Source: Pavona decussata
Taxonomy: Eukaryota
DNA length: 64,000 bases
NCBI GenBank assembly: GCA_977016875.1
Contig: CDRNST010000027.1
Coordinates: 2,914,001 to 2,978,000 of the forward strand
Reading direction: 5' to 3'
Below, in pieces: positions 11,753 through 21,518 of this stretch. Every line of letters starts with the position of its first letter. Position 1 is the stretch's first letter. Both the position numbers and the translations under genes were made by a program. Below the pieces are notes generated by a model, which saw nothing but the letters and a program-made list of their open reading frames with translations, ran no database searches and had not been told where the DNA came from.

Positions 11753-12423
11753 TCAAGGTGGCATTGGTGGTTCATCTTCGTCGGAATCAAACTCCGCATT
11801 CTCGTCTTTGTACCATTTTCCATCCAAACCCATGATCCAACCCGCTTGTCTCAGTCGAGAAAAATGTTCTCTCCTCGCCTTTTCACCGGGACTAAGCTCT
11901 TTCTTCTGATTACTTGAGTCTTTGGAAAGTCTACCTGACAACGGAGCAAGTTGGTTGAAGCCTGAAGCGTTCGACTGGTTAGATTCACTCGCGGCTTTCG
12001 TTGAATCATCCGACCTTGATGAGGTTTCATTCGATTCCGTATCCTTTCGCTGTGAGTTGAAAGACCTTTTAGCCTGGAAGAACGACTGTTTTGGTCTTAT
12101 TTTCATTGGATTTAAACAAGAGGATTCACTTGATCCTACAATTTTTGCATCGCCTGTTTTTGTTTCGCTCGGATCAAAATTAATAGGTTTTCTAGACTGG
12201 AAGAAAGGCAAGTTGTTTGGTTTTCTTCCTGTCTCAGCTATAGACTGAGTCTTAAATTTTCTTGATCCTTGCAGTGCACGCTCTGTTTGCTGTTGCGTGA
12301 TTTTCAGTAGTGGCGCTTCATCTGTGTTGGAATCGTCCACGAGAGTCTCGATGTATTTCATTTGCTGTCTCTTTTGCCGTAATTCAGCGTCTTCCCGTAA
12401 CTTTTCTAGTCTCACCTTTGCAT
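11753..12423 (-). CDS. SCNM1: Sodium channel modifier 1, exon 4 (last coding exon)
   Basis: Acceptor ttcccatttccag, phase 1. EAPLL..T..AL and the C-terminal LRQAGWIMGLDGKWYKDENAEFDSDEDEPP match the SCNM1 acidic tail. Confidence 0.93.
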
Positions 12424-12604
12424 CTGGAAATGGGAAAAAAAAGCAATCACTTTCAGAGCTTATGAGACCCTTGGATGTCAAGTTTTTGGCCTTATATGCA
12501 AATAGTCAAGAAGAGGATAATTATATATGAACCGTTAATCCTCGAATAAGAAACCGAGGCCTTGGTTTGCCGGGATGGAACACGCTCATCGAGGGGGGTG
12601 CTAA

Positions 12605-12848
12605 CAGTGGGACCTCTAGTTTGAAACACCTCCCGTCCCAGAAAAACGTTTATAAAATCTTTCTATCAGTGACCACTATGAAAGGGACACCCCTATTAAG
12701 GGGACGGGGACAGTTTGTGGACGTCCCAAAATAATGCTATTGAAACCTCCATTGAGGGGAAGACAAGAAGAAACAAAATCGGCCCAACCTGTTTTCAAGG
12801 GACACTTCTCTCTGTCCCGAGGGTGTCCCCTTAATTGATGTTCCACTG
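12605..12848. mobile_element. Tc1/mariner-type MITE in SCNM1 intron 3
   Basis: Ends cagtgggacctc and gatgttccactg, with internal inverted gggacacc/gtgtcccc motifs. Confidence 0.6.
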
Positions 12849-12944
12849 CATTTACCTTTTCCGAAATCGTGGACAGATGGTCATTTACTATCTACTTGAA
12901 CTTCTTGTTTATGAACATTAATCCAATATATTAGTCCAAAACAA

Positions 12945-13617
12945 CAGTGTATATCTAGTGTAATAGGATGAAAAAAACCATAGTGTATATTAGGATGAAA
13001 ATTAGACAAAAAACAAGAGTGTATAGTATTAGGATGAAAATTAGACCAAAAATCAGAGTGTATAGGATTAGTATGAAAATAAGTCCAAAACCCAGTGTAT
13101 AGTATTAAGATGAAAAATAGACCAAAAACTGGAGGGTATGGTATTAGAATGAAAATAAGTTAGGCCAAAAACCATAGTGTATAGTATTAGGATGAAAATT
13201 AGACCAAAGACCAAAGTGTCTAAAAATTAGGCCGAAAACTACAGTCTACAGTATTAGGATAAGATTTACGCCGAGAACTAGAGTGAAAAGTATTAGGATG
13301 AAAATTAAGCAGAAAACTAGAGTGTGTAGTGTTATGATGAAAATTAGTCCAAAAACCAGTGTATAGCATTAGGATGAAATTTAGGCCAAAAACCAGAGTG
13401 TATAGCATTAGGATAAAAATTAGACCAAAACGCAGAGAGTATAGTATTAAGATAAAAATTAGTCCGAAAACCATAGTGTATAGTATTAGGATAAAAAAAA
13501 TTAGGTGAAGAGTGTATAAAATGAGGATGAAAATTGGTTAAAAAAAACCAGTGCATGTATTAGGATGAAAATTAGACCAAAAATCAGAGTATAGTATTAG
13601 GATGAAAATTAGTCCAA
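12945..13617. repeat. Minisatellite, ~39-40 bp unit, about 17 copies
   Basis: Unit approximately agtgtatagtattaggatgaaaattagaccaaaaaccag. Confidence 0.92.
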
Positions 13618-13711
13618 TCAGTTGTGCTGATTTGCAATGTTTGATTTTAGTACATTTAAATCATAGCTGGGCAGCATCAAGCAATATGCTTTACGAACTG
13701 AATTTTAATTG

Positions 13712-13833
13712 AGAATGATGTATTAATTCAGTGAGTGACACAGGCAAACTTGGAAAAAGGAAATCCGAGTGCAACTATCAGGAGTGGAACCTAAGACCTT
13801 CTGATGACTAGTTCAGATACTCTACCACTGAGC
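13712..13833 (-). mobile_element. tRNA-related SINE-like fragment
   Basis: Minus strand reads GCTCAGTGGTAGAG (A box-like) ... GGTTCCACTCC (B box-like). Same family as the copies at 1-660 and 21222. Confidence 0.7.
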
Positions 13834-14723
13834 ATATTTATATGTTCGACATATAAATGCTACTCAGGTTATTTAACTCTTGAGGCTACCAAATGGTGAA
13901 GTAATCGATGTGTTGTTCAGGAAGCTTTACTGGGTTTTATCCAACTAGCTCCAGTTTCTCTGCTATGATGACTTGCTAGGAGCATAACTAGAAACACTAC
14001 AGTGCACTATAAAGGATGGTAGCTACCCCCTCCCCCTTCCCCACATACACACACGCCGGCAGCTGTTTTATTCCCCCCCCCCCCCCGTCCCCCAAATGGT
14101 TATTGGCACGTGCTGGCTAACTGACCTAGCCAGACGTTTGTCACTGCACAGGACAAAATGAACAAAGGGAAGAGTCCTTAGATGGTTATCATGAAGGGGA
14201 TCAGAGCCACAGGGTCCCTGGGTTCTTTTATACCCTCTCTCTGATGGAAGAAATGACTGCCACTTGCCCCTGTGATGACAGATGTTTCAGGTGGAAATTA
14301 ATGCTCTTAAGGACATCAGAATTTTACCACCTGCTGGTGAGAACACTCCAAACAAGGTGCTCTGAACAAGGGTTAAGTATTAGATTCTTTGGAATGTTTA
14401 CAATGTTGAAAGCACCCATAAAGACTTTTTTCATAATGATGACGATTAGTTCAAAACAAGATGATATACTGGTTCATGTATCGCCAACTAAAGGTTAAAA
14501 CATTTGAGAAAAAAAAGTTGCTCCTTTGGTGTTTAAATAGAACTTTTAACATGGAGGGCATTCATGCATTCAATGAGAAGTTCTATCCAAGAACATTTTG
14601 ATGACACAAAATCAAATCCACTTTCTTTGAAAAAAGCTGTAAGTTTGCTTTCCATGACCTAAACATTACTTTTGGCCTTTCAAAATCCTGTTAAATGCTT
14701 TGGTCTTATTACACAAAACTTAC

Positions 14724-14812
14724 TTGCTAAATGCTTCTTTCCCTGCCTGTGGATACTGAGTACTGCCACAGTGTCAAAGACAGGACAATGTTTGCACACC
14801 AAACAAGCAAGT
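14724..14812 (-). CDS. SCNM1: SCNM1 exon 3 (C2H2 zinc finger)
   Basis: cag|A CTT GCT TGT ... TTA GCA A|gtaagt, encoding RLACLVCKHCPVFDTVAVLSIHRQGKKHLA. Phases fit exons 2 and 4. Confidence 0.93.
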
Positions 14813-15570
14813 CTGCCATAATTTGGAAAACAAAGAATAAAGTCAGCTGATGATGGATTATTAAAAAAAACAAAAACAAAAAACAACAACAACAACAACA
14901 ACAAAAAAAAAACAAGGCAATAATCACTAATTGATGAGGTAGTCATTTGAGGGATTTGGTTGAAAACAATACTAAGATGGTGAAATCCAAATTCCTCCAA
15001 ATTACCTCTAATTAACTTGTTAACTTGTTATAATATAAGAAACATAATTCTGTGTCTACCATTTAAGCTGAGGCTTTAAATTGGTAGAATTGACCTAGGG
15101 CTTTTTCCTGATTTAAATTTACAAAGTTAATTATTAAATCAGTGAAGGAAAGCAAAGCAATAAAAAAATTACTATAAGCCAATATTATTCTTAACATTTC
15201 AGCCTGAACTGAAAAAAATAAACATAGAACTATGATTTGCATCTTCAAACTCAAACTCTAACTAAAAAAAAGGCTCCACTTATGCCTAGGTTAGGGGGAG
15301 GGGATGAGGGGAGGATTGGGATGCAGTGGAATTGATGTATGCACTTTGTCAGTCAAAGAAGCGATACAGTTTCATAATAGCCCTTACTCACTTTGTCTTT
15401 TGTTACCTCACTACAGATCATGTGCCGGGACTCTAGGGAGTAGTCTCTTTTAGAATTGGTCATATTCATGCTGGCATGCATTCTTTTCTTCCAAAAATAC
15501 GAATGATCGATTCTGCTAAGAATACCGCATGGTTTGTAATGGGCAATTAGCATATAGAGCGAATAAAGTC

Positions 15571-17197
15571 TATTGATGGTTTGCATGTGATGCCATGGCG
15601 GCCATGTTGGTGTACAGGTTTACCTAAATCCAGGAATCCGGAATCCGGAATTAAAAAACAAAAATGAAAATTCAATGACATGAAAATTTCAACCAAGGTT
15701 AAAGTCACTTGGGAAACAGTTTTTATAGCTCTTGAAAAATTATAGTATCAGTCAGTAGGCCAGTGAAATTTTCAAAAGTTTGCCTAAGATTTCAATTGCT
15801 GCAGTTAAGCCTATGGTGTTAGTATTCTAAGGCAGTCCCCTTAAAGCGTAAAACTTTAAAACACACCAGAACGACACCTATCTATGTTTATAAAATCAAA
15901 TACACGGAATCCATATATCAGGAAAGGCTTTCTTTTCTTTCTATTTTTCTTTTTCTGTGTAACTTGCCATATGCTGATTGGCTTGTGAGTAGGGGATTTT
16001 CTTTCTTTCAGAAGAGCTAGGGGAGAGAGATGTGTACGATTGGTGGTGTTTTGACAGGTACAGTAGGCAAATTAATGCATTCACAATGGTGACGATGGAA
16101 ATATATCTTTACACATGTCATAACATTGTGACTAACATATATTACGGCTCAACAAATTGTGTGGGCATAAGGGTGGGAATAGGGCTTAATATGTAAACTT
16201 ATTAGCTCTAAATCAAAATCAATAGATCTACGGCTTCCAAAGTATCTGGAATTAGAGAATATAAAATACTTTGTTATCTACATCCTGCTACTGTGATTAC
16301 TAAATTATGGGAAATCGTTCACAGGCTCCTGAAGTTCTTACTGTTTTTCAAAAAAAGGCCATCGACATTAAACGTTTCCTTTGTACCGGCAACTCGACAC
16401 TCTTTTGTAAAAAGGTACATAAATGAATACGTGCATACATCCACGGCTGAACGTACGAATGACTATGCCAGCAGGCATGACAGGACCACGAGTGATCGCG
16501 AGTGACTGAGTGAGCGAAGGAATGAAGGGAATGAATGAATGAACGAATGAACCAACGAATGGATGAGTTGATAAATGAATAAATAACTTTGCCCGCTGTC
16601 TATCCAGGGTCGGTGCCAATTCGAAACTTTTTTTTTTAAATGAAATCTAAGCCACCCCCCATACCTACTTGTTTCAAGACTTTTTATATTATTATGCAAA
16701 GGCAGTGAGTCTTGCGAAGAGTTGATGAGTGATAAACGCAACACTGTCTCTTTTCTCTAGTTACCTTTCATTGTCTCTCTACGTGCTATGGCAGTAGGAA
16801 ACGTTGCAAGTAGGAAGAGGTGTGGGGGTATTTAAGAGTACGTTTGATGATTAGGAACCTTTTATTCCAAATGAGTGGCTCAACTGCCCAAGCAATTGAA
16901 ATCTAAGGGAAACTTTTGAAAATTTCACTGGGATCCTGACTGATATTATCATTTTTCAAAGCTATAAAAACTGTTTCCCAAGTGACTTTAATCTTCGTTG
17001 AAATTTTCATGTTGACGATTTTTTTATGATTATTATCATTCCGGATTCCGGATTCCGTATTTTAGGTAAACCCTCTCGTGTACAGGAACAATAAGATTTT
17101 TCTCCTCTGGGACTTAACTTCCATTTTTATGCAAACTATGTGAACAAATTTTCTTTTGTTTTGTACACCAACATGGCGGCAATGCAAGCCACCTATT
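15571..17197. mobile_element. Host MITE split by an insertion (halves at ~15571-15616 and ~17078-17197)
   Basis: Inverted ends ttgcat...gccatgttggtgtaca and tgtacaccaacatggcggcaatgcaa. Confidence 0.7.
15617..17077. mobile_element. Non-autonomous element with ~195-bp terminal inverted repeats, nested in the MITE
   Basis: 15617-15811 is the diverged reverse complement of 16877-17072 (ggtttacctaaa...ccggaatccggaa...). gtgtacagg is repeated at both junctions. Confidence 0.8.
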
Positions 17198-17364
17198 AGA
17201 CGTTATGAGTTAAAATGGTCGTTTTTCTTGTTGTTGTTATTATTATTGTTTTTTGTTTGCTTATTTTTGGCCTGGACTCCCTCCCCCTAAGACCTGTAAT
17301 TGTATTCAATATTCTCGAAGCTTAAGTTTACATGTTACACAGAAAAATTAGAGTATTTCTGTAC

Positions 17365-17435
17365 CTTCCGTTCTTCAGAAGTTTGGCTTCGTCCTCTGGA
17401 ATGTCTTCTAACAAAAGTTCAGATACTCGTTGTTT
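17365..17435 (-). CDS. SCNM1: SCNM1 exon 2
   Basis: tttag|AAA CAA CGA ... GGA AG|gtac, encoding KQRVSELLLEDIPEDEAKLLKNG(R). Not in the ORF track because it is too short. Confidence 0.92.
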
Positions 17436-17639
17436 CTAAAAGTTTAAAACGTAAGCTTTACTTCTGTGTAAGAGTGTTTCGTATACCGCGTATACGTAAG
17501 CTTATGTTTACGTACGATTTGGAGAAAACAATAAGGAATAAAAACTAAAATCACCAACACAATTGACAAAAAAAATAAAGCAACCGATTTCTAGATAATC
17601 AAATGTTGACTTTTGACCCTTTCCGAAGAACGTACAAAC

Positions 17640-17690
17640 CTTCTGTACTCTTAAAGCAGTAGGATCATCACCGACTCTTTTGAAAGACAT
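17640..17690 (-). CDS. SCNM1: SCNM1 exon 1
   Basis: MSFKRVGDDPTALRVQK|gtttgt matches the conserved MSFKREGDD N-terminus. The four exons total 882 nt (293 aa plus stop). Confidence 0.93.
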
Positions 17691-18369
17691 ATTTGTCCAC
17701 CATGTTGGCTACTGCGGGCGCAACTCTGTCAGCAGCTGCCGTATCCTCGCCCCAGTCTCTTATGCTTAGTGGACCACGGTTATGAACGAATTCTAGGTCT
17801 AAAGGTCGTCCAAGTATTTCGATTCTGCACTGTTTTTGTATGGACGTTCTTTTTATCTTATCTGCTTTGGGAATACTAGGCCAGCAAAATATTAGCCTGT
17901 TACTGTGGCAAGTGGCACGGAGTAATTGCGATACGTGCGCTCCCCACTTTCTGAACGCCTAGCAAACAGGCTAGCAAAATATTTACATGTAAAACTGATG
18001 CGAGGCTTCGTGTTACTGTATTGGGTGGGTAAAATTAGAAAATCATTGATAACGCTATTATTGGAAACTTGACAACTATTACAGCTATTAATTCCTACTG
18101 AAAAAAATAAGGAAAATTCGAGACGCAGCACATTTGAACTGTCTGCCAAAAGATACCTGTAAAAACTGAGCGAAGATTTAACTTTCAAAGTGTCTCTTCG
18201 AGGGATTGTCGTTATCCATGTTCTCATTTATCATCAAAGCAATATTAAGAGCGACAACATTTCAAAGCAAGACTAGAAAATAATATCATCAACAACAGCA
18301 AATCTTGCGAAGATCAGTTGAAGTGCTAATTTGATCAATCTACGCGATCGAAGGGCTTTGTGGAGAGAG

Positions 18370-20125
18370 CACGGAGAGACATACGCGCATGCACTTCTTA
18401 TAAAATTGGCAAGTAGAACTTTGAAAAATAACTTGTAGAGAAATGAGGTCAGAAAGTCCAGATGTTCTCAGAGGATAATGCAAAGGTAAATAGCGACAAT
18501 TCCGCAAAGCTTTAAAGACACTCAGACACTCAGACCGCGCGCCTTAACTGGAAGGCACAAGAACTGAACTGAGTTTCGCGCTTATATAGTTCCAGATTGA
18601 AGTAGCTGGAGCAATTTGTTTGGCCTGTCTCTAGAGCCAGCTGAAAGTAAATTGTGATCTCAAGTAAAGTGACTTAATTTTTTTTTTGATTTTTTTGGAT
18701 TATAGCCCACACTTTGGTAAAGTGTGGGCTATAATCTTTAATTACCAATCAAACAATTTTAATTAAATCTAAGTGGAATTAAGGTATCACAGATTCATTG
18801 CATTTCGCAATTTCCTCTTATGCTAAAACACCAAAACTAATTGCTTTCATCACTTGACTTCCTTGCCGATGTATAACACGTCCCTTTCACCTTTAAAGGG
18901 CCTGATTCAGTTATAAAATAAAGAGTTAGTTTATTTCACACGCCTGGTAGTTCCGTATCGTAAAATTTGTCCAAAAGATCCCAATGGAAAGGGGTTAAAA
19001 AAAATTCCCACTGCTAAGTTTAGTAAACTTTTCTTATTACGTTAGATGATATTTACCGAACCAACCGGCGTTGCTCAGTGATCAATCTGGCTAGTTGCAA
19101 TTGCCAAAGAAAACTGTGGTGCTGCGTCGCTGGGGAGCGAAAACGAATGTCTTGTTTTATCAACTGAGTTGATACGGTAACTGATTCGCTCTGACGAAGG
19201 GCTAACGCTCGAAATATCAGCGCTCGAACCTCTTTACGGTGGACAAATTTCCTTGTCAACAATGTTGATAAAACCAAACGGTTATTTCCGAGGTTCGATG
19301 CGTTACAATTACAAACTGTATCATGAGTTGCACACTGATGTCAAGGAAAAGAGAGGTTTCTCTAAACTTCTTTCATCAGTCAGCATGTTCTAGAAAATAT
19401 TTTTGGGTCAAAAGACCGCATGAACTTTGTACATCATTAAATCGGAAAAAGCGTTATCGCAACTACTTGCGAATTACCGTCCTTTTTACAGTTAACCATA
19501 AGCCATAGGTAGATTCATAGATCTACCCTTAGCCTAATTTTTGCATATATTTTTTTGACGTCTTTAGACGGCGCCCTGGCGAAGATTTGAAATGGTAATC
19601 CGATTATTTGAACTACTCTGGTCACTCTAAGCGATCGAATTAAGGACTTACGGCACAGAGAGCAGGGAGTCACCAGGGAAAGACACGACTGCGAGAACGG
19701 CGTGTATGCACTCCTCATGTGTTTGTCAAGTAGAGCGTTCAAACAAACCTTATATAAATGGAGAAAGGCGGTCAGGAACGGTCCGGACGTTCTCAGAGGA
19801 TAGAACAAAGGTAAATAGCGGCAATTCTGCAAGCTTTAAAATTAAAAGACAGACCGCCTTAATGAAGGTTCAAAAGTGAAAGTTTTGCATTTAGTCGGTA
19901 GAGGCATCCTCTTTTCAGAAGTAACTGGAACAATTTGTTTGATCTGTCTCTAAAGCCAAACTGAGAGTACGCGGTACAGATCAGAAGAAGATGATTGATG
20001 TTTGGATCCTCTTTAGTGAACTATGCGCTATGAACTTTAATTACGATCAAGCACTTTAAAATCGAAGCGGAATTACGTTATCATAGATTCATTGCATGTC
20101 CTAAATTCCTCTTATGTTAAAACTC
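18370..20125 (+). repeat. Diverged direct duplication (~18370-18830 and ~19690-20125)
   Basis: Collinear shared blocks: caagtaga, gttctcagaggata..caaaggtaaatagcg.caatt, ctgga.caatttgtttg..ctgtctcta.agcca, tatca.agattcattgcat, ttcctcttatg.taaaac. Confidence 0.85.
19183..19230 (+). ncRNA. Minimal type I hammerhead ribozyme in a Penelope-like/retrozyme-type repeat (~19105-19278)
   Basis: cgct-CTGACGA-A-GGGC-taac-GCTC-GAAA-TATC-agcg gives the conserved core, stem II, stem I (cgct/agcg) and an NUH cleavage triplet. Confidence 0.75.
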
Positions 20126-20530
20126 CATTGAAATCTCAGTAGGATTCTCTCGGGAAAATTGCTGATTCTTAACTAACACTCAATTTCCAGCAAAGAGACT
20201 AATTCTACCGGTTAAAAACATTCTTGAAGAATTTGAAGAATCAAAGATCAAATAATTCATTAAAACCAATGCGATTTTGCTTAGAAGACTTTTCACAGAC
20301 ATAGTTTCCGAAGTAAAAATAAAGACCACCGAGGTCCCATGAGGAGTTCTAACATAATTTATTACTTTTTAAAAGAAAACTATTTTGATAAACGAGAAGA
20401 ACCTGAATCAAAAGCTCCACAATGTCTCAGCGAGCAGGACTGATCTGGATACTCAGAAAGAGAAGAGTAAAAGCATTGGAACAGAAATATTCTCTACTCC
20501 TTCTTCTACTTCCGACTTTTTGAAATAATA

Positions 20531-20635
20531 TTTCCTTTTAAAAATATGCTGCACAGTGGTCGATGTCGTTTCCGAAATAGCACTGCTATTTCGGAAACGA
20601 CATCGACCACTGTGCAGCATATTTTTAAAAGGAAA
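20531..20635. repeat. Perfect inverted repeat, 52-bp arms, 1-nt spacer
   Basis: 20531-20582 is the exact reverse complement of 20584-20635. Confidence 0.95.
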
Positions 20636-21022
20636 ATATTTCTCATGTCGTCCGTTTGTTCCAATTATGTTTTCCGGCGTCAGTAAAAGGGATATTTGTG
20701 TACGGTAGCACAGTTTGAACTTTGAACGCTGAATTTTTAAGCCACAGAACTGAAATTCTAGGGAACAGAATTCCTTTACCTGAATTTACGGGACTGTTGT
20801 TGGCTTGTTTCGCACTACTGTAACAACATTTGTTTTGCCTACTAAACAAAAGTAGAATTAACTCACGCAGAAAACGCTAGTTTATCTTCACAGTTATTGA
20901 GTACGAATTTCTAAGCAGATTTACTGAGTGTTTAAAACAGATACTCACAGAACTGAACCGTTGGGTCTCCTGTCATATTGATTGGGATAAAGAAAAGGCC
21001 TCTTTTTTTAGTGACAAAGGCT

Positions 21023-21165
21023 CTAATCATTTTATTTATGTGCGGTGTAAGAATGTAAAGAAAAGCGTGTTTGCCACCCGAAACGGAAATATCATCTAAT
21101 ATTTTTATTTATGTGCGGTGTTAGAATGTAAAAAAAGTGCAGTTTGCCACCCGAAACGGAAATAT
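21023..21165 (+). repeat. Two-copy tandem repeat, ~73-bp unit
   Basis: ttttatttatgtgcggtgt.agaatgtaaa...gtttgccacccgaaacggaaatat occurs twice. Confidence 0.9.
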
Positions 21166-21221
21166 AACAACGAGCCTGATCGCGGCGACTTTTTGGTTAG
21201 GTAGTTATTTAGATTTAGTCG

Positions 21222-21341
21222 ATGACACAGGCATACTGATCGGAAAAAAATGTGAGCTCTCCCAAGAGGAGTCGAACCTATGATCTACCCGGTGATTACC
21301 AGTTCGATCCCTGAGCTACAGGAGACTCATGAGAGCCAAGG
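21222..21341 (-). mobile_element. tRNA-related SINE-like fragment running into an assembly gap
   Basis: gacacaggcatact...ggagtcgaaccta...ctgagctacaggagactc, same family as 13712. Confidence 0.65.
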
Positions 21342-21518
21342 NNNNNNNNNNNNNNNNNNNNNNNNNNNNNNNNNNNNNNNNNNNNNNNNNNNNNNNNNNN
21401 NNNNNNNNNNNNNNNNNNNNNNNNNNNNNNNNNNNNNNNNNNNNNNNNNNNNNNNNNNNNNNNNNNNNNNNNNNNNNNNNNNNNNNNNNNNNNNNNNNNN
21501 NNNNNNNNNNNNNNNNNN
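21342..21518. other. Assembly gap (other gaps at 47485-47613 and 47985-48115)
   Basis: Runs of N. Confidence 1.

Noticed and set aside
7500-12248. Plus-strand ORFs overlapping pol and SCNM1 exon 4
   Set aside because: These are antisense shadows of real coding sequence with no recognisable motifs.
12945-13617. CRISPR-like regular repeat array
   Set aside because: The units abut without unique spacers, there are no cas genes, and the context is a eukaryotic intron. It is a minisatellite, and the short ORFs over it are artefacts.
11753-17690. U12-type intron in SCNM1 (autoregulation idea)
   Set aside because: The donors are GTTTGT, GTACAG and GTAAGT; none matches the U12 consensus RTATCCTT.
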